Shown in pieces: positions 47,489-55,952 of a stretch of DNA of 64,000 bases. The notes beneath the pieces were generated by a model. The model searched no databases. It saw nothing but the letters and a program-made list of their open reading frames with translations, and was not told the origin of the DNA. How positions within the stretch are numbered: position 1 is the first letter of the stretch; each line of letters starts with the position of its first letter. The translations under genes were made by a program, and so were the position numbers. The DNA lies in assembly GCA_965217865.1 (NCBI GenBank), contig CBDCJO010000002.1, forward strand, positions 2,048,001-2,112,000, read 5' to 3'. The stretch comes from Candidatus Latescibacterota bacterium (lineage in GTDB: Bacteria > Latescibacterota > UBA2968 > SICM01).

Positions 47489-48228
47489 CATTCTCCAGAA
47501 GGCGAAAAGGATCTTTGATTTTTACGGGCGCAGGCATCTCCACATCCAGCGGGATACCTGATTTTCGCGGACCGCAGGGCGTCTGGAAACGGCGACAGCC
47601 TGTCTATTACCAGGATTTCATGACATCGGAAGAAGCAAGGATTGAGGCATGGGATCAGAAACTTGAAGGATGGGAAGCCTTTCGGGATGCGCGACCGAAC
47701 CAGGTGCACGATGCGATCGCGAATCTGGAAACTTCTGGTTTAATCGAACGGGTCGTCACCCAGAATATCGACGGTCTTCACGCAAGGGCTGGGACCTCAC
47801 CTGAGCGTCTTGTTGAACTCCACGGCACGAACACGGAAATCGAGTGCCAGGCGTGTGGAACCAGAAGTGATCCGGATCCTCACTTTGAATTCTTCAAAAC
47901 CCATCGTCGTTCTCCTCGATGCCCCTGCGGTGGAATCCTGAAGACGGCCACAATCAGTTTTGGCCAGAACCTTCGAGAGCAAGACCTTAACAGGGCGAGG
48001 GATGCCGCAAACCGGGCGGATCTGGTAGTATCCCTGGGATCGACCCTCTCGGTATACCCCGCCGCGTCCTTTCCCCTGATGGCAGCAGAGCGCGGGGTTC
48101 CCTACGTGATCATCAACCAGGGACACACAGAGCACGACGGACATCCCAGGGTAAGCCTTCGTCTTGACGGGGACGTCGTCCACCTGTTCCCCCCCGCGGT
48201 GAAAGCAGCGGTTCAGACCTTTTCTTGA
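47457..48228 (+). CDS. Sir2 family NAD-dependent protein deacylase (5' frameshift)
   Basis: IFTGAGISTSSGIPDFRG, TQNIDGLH, ELHG, CxxC..CxC and GSTLSVYPAA. The natural N-terminus MTESPDQSLVDILQKAKRI (ATG 47457, GGAGG RBS) is out of frame by one extra T at ~47514-47516. Confidence 0.85.
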
Positions 48229-48367
48229 GCGAACGAAGTGAGCCGAAGGGGGAGGAGCGGTCGTTTCTTTGCCCAAGAGTCGAGAACAGTCTCCTGTATT
48301 TTGCTTAAGGAAGATGAAATCTCTTCCTAAATCCTGACTCCTGAATTCTCGATTCTTTGGGGGAACA

Positions 48368-49228
48368 ATGTTCAAAAACCTCAACCCAGGTGCTCTGGGG
48401 ATCCAGGCCCCCCTGAAAGAATCAATAAAGCTGGCCGGGGATGCGGGCTTTGACGGGGTGGACATCAACATCGAAGAGGTTTTGGGGATTGCTGATCGTG
48501 CCGGGTTGGATGACATTTGTTCATGGTTTTCGGAATATGAACTCAAACCCGGAGGTTGGGGACTTCCTGTGGAGTGGCGTGAAGATGAAGAATTTTTTCG
48601 GGCGGGTCTGAAAAGGTTGCCCGGACTTGCCCGGATGGGTGAAGCTCTAAACTGCTTCCGTGTTACGACGTGGGTGTTGCCATACTCCGACGAGCGACCG
48701 TACAAGGAACAGTTTGATCATTTGACCGGCCGCTTTCGACGAATCGCTGAGATCCTTCAGGATCACGGCTCCAATCTCGCGCTGGAGTTTCTCGGTCCCA
48801 GGACCTTGAGAACCGGACACAGGTATGAGTTCATACACACCATGGACGGGATGCTTGAACTATGCGAAGCCGTTGGAACAGGAAATGTGGGCCTTCTGCT
48901 CGACGCTTGGCATTGGTACACCTCTCACGGGACCCGCGATGACCTTAAGCGTTTGAATCCGAATCAAATCGTATACGTCCACGTTAACGATGCCCCCCGG
49001 GGAATCACGATCGATGAACAGATCGATCGGGTACGATGCCTCCCCGGCGCAACCCACATAATCGACCTGGTGGGGTTTCTTGCAATCCTGCTCGAAATCG
49101 GTTACGACGGTCCGGTGACCCCGGAACCCTTCAACCAGGAACTTCGGGAAATGCCGGCCCCGGATGCTGCACGGATAACCGGAACCGCCTTGGATGGGGT
49201 ATGGCGTAACCTGGAGCCTGAAACTTGA
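48368..49228 (+). CDS. Sugar phosphate isomerase/epimerase (TIM barrel)
   Basis: AGFDGVD, LALEFLGP, VGLLLDAWHWY, VHVNDA, RCLPG and GYDGPVTPEPF. Confidence 0.9.
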   Translation: MFKNLNPGALGIQAPLKESIKLAGDAGFDGVDINIEEVLGIADRAGLDDICSWFSEYELKPGGWGLPVEWREDEEFFRAGLKRLPGLARMGEALNCFRVTTWVLPYSDERPYKEQFDHLTGRFRRIAEILQDHGSNLALEFLGPRTLRTGHRYEFIHTMDGMLELCEAVGTGNVGLLLDAWHWYTSHGTRDDLKRLNPNQIVYVHVNDAPRGITIDEQIDRVRCLPGATHIIDLVGFLAILLEIGYDGPVTPEPFNQELREMPAPDAARITGTALDGVWRNLEPET

Positions 49229-49235
49229 ACCGAAT

Positions 49236-49322
49236 TCAGGAATAGACAGAAACGAGCCAAAACATCACCGCCATAGCGATGGCTGGGGATGTCCAGATCC
49301 AGATGAACCTTAAAACTTTCAT
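49236..49322 (-). CDS. Candidate 28-aa single-pass membrane small protein
   Basis: MKVLRFIWIWTSPAIAMAVMFWLVSVYS* preceded by AGGGGG 8 nt upstream. Basic N-terminus plus hydrophobic helix. Confidence 0.4.
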   Translation of the reverse strand: MKVLRFIWIWTSPAIAMAVMFWLVSVYS

Positions 49323-49455
49323 CTTTGAAGCCCCCTAATAGTGACAACCGCGGTAACCTATCTACATGCTGAAATCACCCTCTATTATTATCAAAGATAT
49401 AATCCTTTTAGAAACAAAGCAGTGATCTATATCACTACTATTTAATTTTATTTTA

Positions 49456-49473
49456 ATGTAATATATATTACAT
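49456..49473. promoter_or_regulatory. Perfect 18-bp palindrome, candidate transcription-factor site
   Basis: ATGTAATATATATTACAT (TGTAA-N6-TTACA = GTA-N8-TAC) in an AT-rich intergenic region upstream of gmaS. Confidence 0.55.
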
Positions 49474-49640
49474 AGTCTTCTGTTCCGTTCTCTCTTGATG
49501 TTTTCCTACATCCGATCCTATGCGAGATGATGGAAGGAGTCAACGGCGATTTAGACCCATCCTGCCGTTGACTCAGGTTTTGGGTGATATTTCGTCCATT
49601 TCAGGGGCGTGATTCTTTTCTTCAGGAGAAATAATCCCCC

Positions 49641-49669
49641 TTGACAAGCACAATACGTCGATATATCAT
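49641..49669 (+). promoter_or_regulatory. Sigma70-type promoter for the gmaS-mgs operon
   Basis: TTGACA (49641-49646) - 17 bp - TATCAT (49664-49669). Confidence 0.75.
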
Positions 49670-49751
49670 TGATTCCCGCTGCCCAACCGCGAAATCTGGG
49701 CTTCTCTCCCTCCCTTTCTTTCCTTCTCGATTCTTTTCGAAGGAGTTCCTT

Positions 49752-51110
49752 GTGGCTTCGAGAACAGAGGTTTCAAATCGAATGAAGAAGGATAAAATCG
49801 AATTTATCCTCACCCAGTTTGTCGATATCTATGGGGCCTCAAAGGTCAAAATGGTCCCCGTTGCCAGCTTCGACGACGTCATCGACGAAGGTGCGGGTTT
49901 TGCCGGGGCTGCGGTCTGGGGATTGGGACAGGGGCCGCATTCACACGACATGATGGCCCGAATCGACCTGGACTCTTACACCCCTCTGTTCTGGAAACCG
50001 GGTGTCGCCCGATTTGCAGCGGATCTCTACGTGGACGACGAGCCACACCCGTACTGTTCCCGCTTGAATCTCAAACGGGTGCTGAAGGACGTGCGGAAAA
50101 AAGGCTATATCTTCAATGTTGGAATAGAGCCGGAGCACTTCCTTATCAATGTAAACGGGGATGGATCGATCTCACCCTGGGACCCTCATAAAGTCGACTC
50201 ACTCGACAAACCCTGTTATGACTACAAGGGAATCTCCCCGACCATGGATTACCTGATGGAAATCACTTCCGGGCTGAACAAGCTCGGTTGGGGGGTCTAC
50301 CAGACGGATCACGAGGATGCAAACGGGCAGTACGAAGTCAATTTCGATTATGCCGATGCCCTGACTACCGCTGACCGGCATATCTTCTTCAAGATGATGA
50401 GCAGCCAGCTTGCACAAAAATACGGCGCAATCGCAACGTTTATGCCGAAGCCGTTCTCCGATCGAACCGGCAGTGGGGCGCATCTTCACTATCACCTCGC
50501 AGATGCCAAAACAAAAAAGAACCGCTTTTTGGATCCCAAAGACCGCCGCGGCCTGGGTCTCTCAAAATTCGCTTACCATTTCCTGGGAGGTATCCTCCAT
50601 CACGCCCCGGCCCTTTGTTGCGTCACCTCCCCCACCGTCAACTGTTACAAACGCCTTCAGGTAGCGGACGCCCTCCTCGGATCCAGATCAGGATTCCTTT
50701 GGACACCTGCCTTCATCACCTACGGAGACAATAACCGAACACAGATGATCCGGGTCGCTGGGCCCGGCCATTGCGAAGACCGGACCGTCTCATCCGCTAC
50801 CAATTCATACCTGGCCATGGCGGCCTACATTTCCGCCGGCCTTGACGGTGTGGAGCGAAAACTCGAGCCCGGTGAACCGAATCTCGGCAACCTCTACGAG
50901 CTTGGGTTGAAGGACCTGAGACGACGGAAGATCCGACTTCTGCCGCAGGACTTGGGTGAGGCTCTCCTGGCCTTCGAGAAGGACGAGGTGATTATGAAAT
51001 CGTTGGGCAGCATCTGTCAGGAGTTTATTAATCTTAAGTGGGCCGAATGGAAACAGTTTCACGGCCAGGTATCGCAATGGGAAATCGACCGGTTTCTCAC
51101 TTTTTTCTAG
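49752..51110 (+). CDS. gmaS: Gamma-glutamylmethylamide synthetase / type III glutamate-ammonia ligase (GlnT)
   Basis: QFVDIYG..GAGFAG, GIEPEHF, DHEDANGQYEVNF, TFMPKPF..GSGAHLH and YGDNNRTQMIR. Adjacent to mgsABC. GTG at 49752 after AGGAG. Confidence 0.9.
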   Translation: MASRTEVSNRMKKDKIEFILTQFVDIYGASKVKMVPVASFDDVIDEGAGFAGAAVWGLGQGPHSHDMMARIDLDSYTPLFWKPGVARFAADLYVDDEPHPYCSRLNLKRVLKDVRKKGYIFNVGIEPEHFLINVNGDGSISPWDPHKVDSLDKPCYDYKGISPTMDYLMEITSGLNKLGWGVYQTDHEDANGQYEVNFDYADALTTADRHIFFKMMSSQLAQKYGAIATFMPKPFSDRTGSGAHLHYHLADAKTKKNRFLDPKDRRGLGLSKFAYHFLGGILHHAPALCCVTSPTVNCYKRLQVADALLGSRSGFLWTPAFITYGDNNRTQMIRVAGPGHCEDRTVSSATNSYLAMAAYISAGLDGVERKLEPGEPNLGNLYELGLKDLRRRKIRLLPQDLGEALLAFEKDEVIMKSLGSICQEFINLKWAEWKQFHGQVSQWEIDRFLTFF

Positions 51111-51160
51111 TGATATGGAATCCTTTCCAATTTACATTTTGCATTTTGCATTTTCCTCTT

Positions 51161-51430
51161 ATGTCCTTCCTTCTGGAATGTCCCAACTGCGGCGAGCGTA
51201 ATGTGACAGAGTTTGGTTTCGGTGGAGAGACCCAAATGCGTCCGGGAACCGAAGTGTCTTTCACCGAATGGACCGACTATCTCTATTCCCGAAAGAATGA
51301 GGCGGGTCCCCAGCAGGAGTGGTGGTACCACCGGTTGGGTTGCCGAAAGTGGTTCATCGCGATTCGTGACACCATCACGAACGAAGTTCATAAAACCTGC
51401 TGGTTTGGAGACCCGTCTTTGGAGGCATGA
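51161..51430 (+). CDS. soxD: Sarcosine oxidase / N-methylglutamate dehydrogenase delta subunit
   Basis: CPNCGERNVTEF..YLYSRKN..EWWYHRLGCRKWF..RDT zinc motif. Confidence 0.9.
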   Translation: MSFLLECPNCGERNVTEFGFGGETQMRPGTEVSFTEWTDYLYSRKNEAGPQQEWWYHRLGCRKWFIAIRDTITNEVHKTCWFGDPSLEA

Positions 51431-52362
51431 TGTGTGGAGTTGTCGGATATATGTGTAAGTCCGGCCGGCCTGAGAAACCGTTGGGCAATGTAATCCTCTC
51501 AATGCTGGGGGCCCTGGCCTGCCGGGGGCCGGATTCTGCGGGCGTGGCAGTGTACAGAGATCCTCCGGAGGGAGGCCTTGTCCTGTGGATCAAATTGGGA
51601 GACCACGGACAATTCCAGGACCAGGCGGACCTGATCTTAAACATCGTCGAACCTCTGGGAAAGGTGGGCACCGCGTCCGTCATCACGAACTACCTTCGTC
51701 TTGTTATCGATTACGAAGGGGATCTGAATCTCTTGCAGGGGAATATCGAGGCATCCCACCCGAACGTAGAGGTGATCAGCGCTGGGGAAAGGCTCGAAGT
51801 CGTCAAGCAGGTGGGGTCCCCAGATGAACTCGATCGGGCTTATGGTATTTCCGCTGTCTCCGGGACACACGGCATCGGACATACCCGACTCTCTACCGAG
51901 AGCCAGGTGGACTTAAGCCATTCTCAACCCTTCTGGGCACACGGGACCCTGGACCTGGCCACTGCCCACAACGGACACATCACGAACTATCACAAGATGC
52001 GCCGCAGGTACGAAATGAAAGGCCGTCGATTCTATACCGAGAACGACTCTGAAATCATCGGCATCTATCTGGCCGAACGGATGGAAATGGGGGACGACTT
52101 GGAGGCCGCGCTTTGGGCCTCGATCGAGGACTTCGACGGTTCATTCAGTTATCTGGTTGCCACGGCCGACGCCATAGGTTTTGCAAAGGATCGCTTCGGG
52201 CTTAAGCCTCTGATCGTATCCGAGACCGACGGGTTTGTCGGCGTCGCCACCGAGGAGATTTCTCTGCGGCGGACATTCGGATTCGGATTCGAAGCCGTCG
52301 AACCCCATCCGAAAACCGTCCGTGTCTGGAAACGCAATTCAAGAACCGCCCGGGCGGCGTGA
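51427..52362 (+). CDS. mgsA: N-methylglutamate synthase subunit A (class II glutamine amidotransferase)
   Basis: MCGVVG N-terminal Cys, RGPDSAGVA, GIGHTRLSTES, HNGHITNY and TENDSE. Confidence 0.85.
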   Translation: MMCGVVGYMCKSGRPEKPLGNVILSMLGALACRGPDSAGVAVYRDPPEGGLVLWIKLGDHGQFQDQADLILNIVEPLGKVGTASVITNYLRLVIDYEGDLNLLQGNIEASHPNVEVISAGERLEVVKQVGSPDELDRAYGISAVSGTHGIGHTRLSTESQVDLSHSQPFWAHGTLDLATAHNGHITNYHKMRRRYEMKGRRFYTENDSEIIGIYLAERMEMGDDLEAALWASIEDFDGSFSYLVATADAIGFAKDRFGLKPLIVSETDGFVGVATEEISLRRTFGFGFEAVEPHPKTVRVWKRNSRTARAA

Positions 52363-52386
52363 GAGTTCCTGGCAGAGAGGTGAGTT

Positions 52387-53076
52387 TTGATCGATATTGA
52401 CTGTGAAGGCAGAACGACCCGCCAGATCAATCGGGAGATAGCGCGGCATATCGAGGGGGGGAAAAGCGAGATCCTCGTCAAAAACCCGGGGGCCCGTCAC
52501 AACCTGGCGGTTGCCATCCTGAAAACGGCTCGCATAGAGTTTGAGGGGAGTGTCGGGTATTACTGCGGCGGACTGGGGGACGGGCCCCATATCCGGATTA
52601 ACGGGAGCGCGGGATGGGGTCTGGCCGAATGCAGCATGTCAGGCACCGTCGTCGTCGATAAAAACGCCGGAAACGGCGCCGCCGCTTCGATTCGTGGGGG
52701 AACTGTCGTCATTCGGGGAGATGCGGCCGCAAGGGCCGGGATTGCGATGAAAGGCGGGACCGTGATTATCGGAGGAAACACCGGATACATGACGGGATTC
52801 ATGATGCAAAAGGGAACCATCATTGTCTGCGGAGATGCTGGAGAAGCCCTGGGCGATTCGATGTATGAAGGTCGGATCTTCGTAGGAGGCAAGGTGGACG
52901 ATCTGGGCAATGATGCAGTGATTCAAGATCCCACCGAGGATGATCTAAAGGAGGTATCGGAATCGCTCTCCGAGTTCGACATCTCGATCCCCTCCGACCT
53001 GAAAAAAGTTGCGTCTGGACGACGACTCTGGACCTTTGATAAGAAGGAACTGGACCTGTGGAAGGAAGCCCTCTGA
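52387..53076 (+). CDS. mgsB: N-methylglutamate synthase subunit B (GXGXG beta-helix)
   Basis: NPGARHNLAV, GSVGYYCGG, repeated GxxG turns and GDAGEALGDSMYEG. Confidence 0.85.
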   Translation: MIDIDCEGRTTRQINREIARHIEGGKSEILVKNPGARHNLAVAILKTARIEFEGSVGYYCGGLGDGPHIRINGSAGWGLAECSMSGTVVVDKNAGNGAAASIRGGTVVIRGDAAARAGIAMKGGTVIIGGNTGYMTGFMMQKGTIIVCGDAGEALGDSMYEGRIFVGGKVDDLGNDAVIQDPTEDDLKEVSESLSEFDISIPSDLKKVASGRRLWTFDKKELDLWKEAL

Positions 53077-54410
53077 TCGGCAAAGTGCCGCGCCAGGGTT
53101 CGCACTGGACCCCAGAGATCATCGATGGCATCCAGGTCAAGGCCGACCTGGGTCGATATCGGATCAGGGGGTTCGGAATCCTCCGAAACCGTCCGATCCC
53201 CTCCCTGGACGACCTCACTTTCCTCCCCTGCACTTTGACACGTATTCCCCTGGAAGGTTATAGGGAAAAGTGTAACACCGCCACCGTCATCGGCACCCGA
53301 TTCGCGAATAAACCGATCCGTTTGGACATCCCGGTGATGATCACAGGGATGAGCTATGGGGCCCTTTCCTATAACGCCAAGGTGGCCCTCGGGCGGGGGG
53401 CGACCAAACTGGGCACATCCACCACGACGGGCGACGGGGGGATGCTTCCAGCCGAGAGGGAAAACTCTAAGATTCTAATTTACGAAGTCCTTCCGTCTCG
53501 TTACGGGATCAACGTCCATCACATCAAAGCCGCCGATGGGATCGAGTTGACCATTGGTCAGGGCGCCAAGCCGGGTACGGGCGGGCTTCTTCTGGGTTCA
53601 AAGGTATCGGACGAAATCGCCCAGATGCGAGACCTTCCAGAGGGTGTCGATCAACGGAGTCCCTGCAGGCACCCTGACTTCCTCGGACCGGATGATATGA
53701 TCCTCAAGATCGAGGAACTCAGGGAGGCCACAGACTGGCAGGTCCCGATTTTCGTCAAAATAGGTGCGTCTCGGGTCTTCGACGATGTGAAGCTTGCGGT
53801 CAAGGCCGGTGCGGACGCCGTTGTCATCGACGGCATGGAGGGTGGTACCGGGGCCTCACCCGAACTCTTGATGGACCATACCGGGGTTCCTACGCTGGCG
53901 GCCGTTTGCGAAGCACGGGCTGCGCTCGAGGATATAGGCCTCTACGGGGAGGTTCAGTTGATCATCTCGGGGGGCATCCGAAGCGGAACCGATGCGGCAA
54001 AGGCTATGGCCCTCGGGGCCGATGCCATCTATGTCGGCACAGCCGCCCTTATGGCCCTCAATTGCAACAAACCCCTCTACGTGGAGGATTACCACAAGAT
54101 CGGGGCGGAACCCTATGCCTGTCACCACTGTCACACAGGCATGTGCCCGGTTGGCATCACCACGCAGGATCCTGAGCTGATGAAGCGGCTTCCCATCGAT
54201 GAGGCCGCGGAGAGGGTCTCCAACTTCCTGCACGCAACGACCCAGGAAATTCAGATAATCGCTCGCGCTTGTGGTAAGTCGGATGTGCACGACCTGGAAC
54301 CCGAGGACATGCGGGCGCTCACCCTCGAATCCTCGATGATCACGGGCATCCCACTTGTCGGAACCACTAAGCCGTTCGGAGGTGGTCCAGGTTGGAGGCA
54401 GGCGGATTAA
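53058..54410 (+). CDS. mgsC: N-methylglutamate synthase subunit C (FMN-binding glutamate synthase family)
   Basis: TRIPLEGYREKC, GMSYGALS, TTTGDGGM, GQGAKPGTGG, DQRSPCRHPD and CHHCHTGMCPVGITTQD. Confidence 0.9.
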   Translation: MEGSPLIGKVPRQGSHWTPEIIDGIQVKADLGRYRIRGFGILRNRPIPSLDDLTFLPCTLTRIPLEGYREKCNTATVIGTRFANKPIRLDIPVMITGMSYGALSYNAKVALGRGATKLGTSTTTGDGGMLPAERENSKILIYEVLPSRYGINVHHIKAADGIELTIGQGAKPGTGGLLLGSKVSDEIAQMRDLPEGVDQRSPCRHPDFLGPDDMILKIEELREATDWQVPIFVKIGASRVFDDVKLAVKAGADAVVIDGMEGGTGASPELLMDHTGVPTLAAVCEARAALEDIGLYGEVQLIISGGIRSGTDAAKAMALGADAIYVGTAALMALNCNKPLYVEDYHKIGAEPYACHHCHTGMCPVGITTQDPELMKRLPIDEAAERVSNFLHATTQEIQIIARACGKSDVHDLEPEDMRALTLESSMITGIPLVGTTKPFGGGPGWRQAD

Positions 54411-54592
54411 GTTCATCAGATTGAAAGTGAGATTTGACTTCGGTTAAAAACCCCGTCCAAAATATGACATCCAGAGCGGTTACCTCGAAAGTCAGATCTG
54501 CCGCAATACGCCGTGCCGAAGGATTTTTGTTTTGGCAAGTTTGGTGTACGACGCAGACCCCTCGATGTGAATCTTAATTCCAGGTACGTCCC

Positions 54593-55897
54593 ATGGGAGC
54601 GATTGTCTGCAAATTCGGGGGCACATCGGTCGCCGACGCCGAACAGATTCGCAAGATCGAATCCATCGTTCGGGATAACCCGAAAAGACGATACATCATC
54701 GTGTCCGCACTCGGGAGCCGTGGTGATGGGGACCAGAAGATCACGGACCTCCTTCTGCTCTGCTACGAACTTGCCCACGCAGGCCTGGATGTCTCCGAGC
54801 CATTCCACATCATCATGGACCGACACCTCGAACTGGCAGAGGAACTGGGCGTGGACCTCGACGTTTCAAGGATGCTAGACGAGCTTCGAGAGCAGCTCGA
54901 ATGTCGGGATTCCAGGGACTTCGTTGCATCTCGGGGAGAGTTTCTCTCCGCCCAAATCATTGCATCCTACCTGGGGGGGACATTTATCGATCCGACGGAT
55001 GGAATCCTTTTCGGCCAGGATGGGAACCTTGATGAAAGGACCTACGACCGGTTCGCCGATATCCTTTCCGAAGATGCGCTTTATGTGATAGGAGGTTTTT
55101 ACGGGGCCAATACTGACGGCTCTGTCCGAACGTTTCCCAGGGGGGGATCTGATATCACGGGGGCCATCGTTGCCCGAGCGGTAAAGGCGGATATCTATGA
55201 AAACTGGACAGATGTGTCCGGGTTCCTCATGGCCGATCCCCGGATCGTTAAAAAGCCAAGGCCGATTCGGGAATTGACCTACAGGGAACTTCGGGAGCTG
55301 GCTTACCTGGGGGCCTCGGTCCTTCAGGATGAAGCGATTTTTCCGGTTCGTGAGCTCTGCATCCCGCTTCACATCCGAAACACCAACGCCCCTGAAGATC
55401 CCGGTACGATCGCCCTGTCCTCTCGCGATACATCAGGCACGAGCGTTGTCGGGATTGCGGGAAAGCAGGGTTTCAGTATGGTTTTCATCGAAAAAGCCCT
55501 GATGAACAAGGAGCACGGGTTCGGCCGGAAAGTGCTCGAGATCATCGAAACGCACGACATCAGCTACGAGCATTCCCCCACCGGAATCGATTCGATGTCC
55601 GTCATCATCGAAGACGAGGAGCTGGCTGGCAAAGGCGAAAGCCTCCTGAAAGACATCCGGCGTATCCTCGAGCCCGATCGGGCTGAGATCATCCACGGAC
55701 TGGCACTCATCGCGACCGTGGGGGAGGGGATGTCCCATCGGGTCGGCGTCGCCGCTTGCCTGTTTAATGCCCTGGCCAAGGCCAGGGTCAACGTTCGAAC
55801 GATCGACCAGGGATCCTCTGAGATCAATATCATCGTGGGCGTGGATACCAACGACTATGAGAATGCCGTCAGGGCGATCTATGAGGCGTTTGCATAA
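54593..55897 (+). CDS. lysC: Aspartate kinase (with ACT domains)
   Basis: CKFGGTSVAD, IVSALG, SRGEFLS, TFPRGGSDITG, YENWTDVSG and IDQGSSEINI. Confidence 0.93.
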   Translation: MGAIVCKFGGTSVADAEQIRKIESIVRDNPKRRYIIVSALGSRGDGDQKITDLLLLCYELAHAGLDVSEPFHIIMDRHLELAEELGVDLDVSRMLDELREQLECRDSRDFVASRGEFLSAQIIASYLGGTFIDPTDGILFGQDGNLDERTYDRFADILSEDALYVIGGFYGANTDGSVRTFPRGGSDITGAIVARAVKADIYENWTDVSGFLMADPRIVKKPRPIRELTYRELRELAYLGASVLQDEAIFPVRELCIPLHIRNTNAPEDPGTIALSSRDTSGTSVVGIAGKQGFSMVFIEKALMNKEHGFGRKVLEIIETHDISYEHSPTGIDSMSVIIEDEELAGKGESLLKDIRRILEPDRAEIIHGLALIATVGEGMSHRVGVAACLFNALAKARVNVRTIDQGSSEINIIVGVDTNDYENAVRAIYEAFA

Positions 55898-55952
55898 GGT
55901 AGGATGTTCTTTTCAATTTCCTGAATTCCATGCCCCAAAACATTCCGTCTGA

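Noticed and set aside
47144-48228. Sir2-based anti-phage system (Thoeris/DSR/Sir2-HerA)
   Set aside because: The sirtuin is a short canonical zinc-binding deacylase with no TIR, HerA, pAgo or other defence partner nearby.
49641-49751. TTG start for gmaS at 49641
   Set aside because: That TTG is the -35 hexamer TTGACA. The RBS and family homology point to GTG at 49752.
54411-54592. Canonical lysine riboswitch upstream of lysC
   Set aside because: Only GCCGAA matches. The AGAGGNGC start, loop-E/kink-turn motifs and a terminator are not evident.
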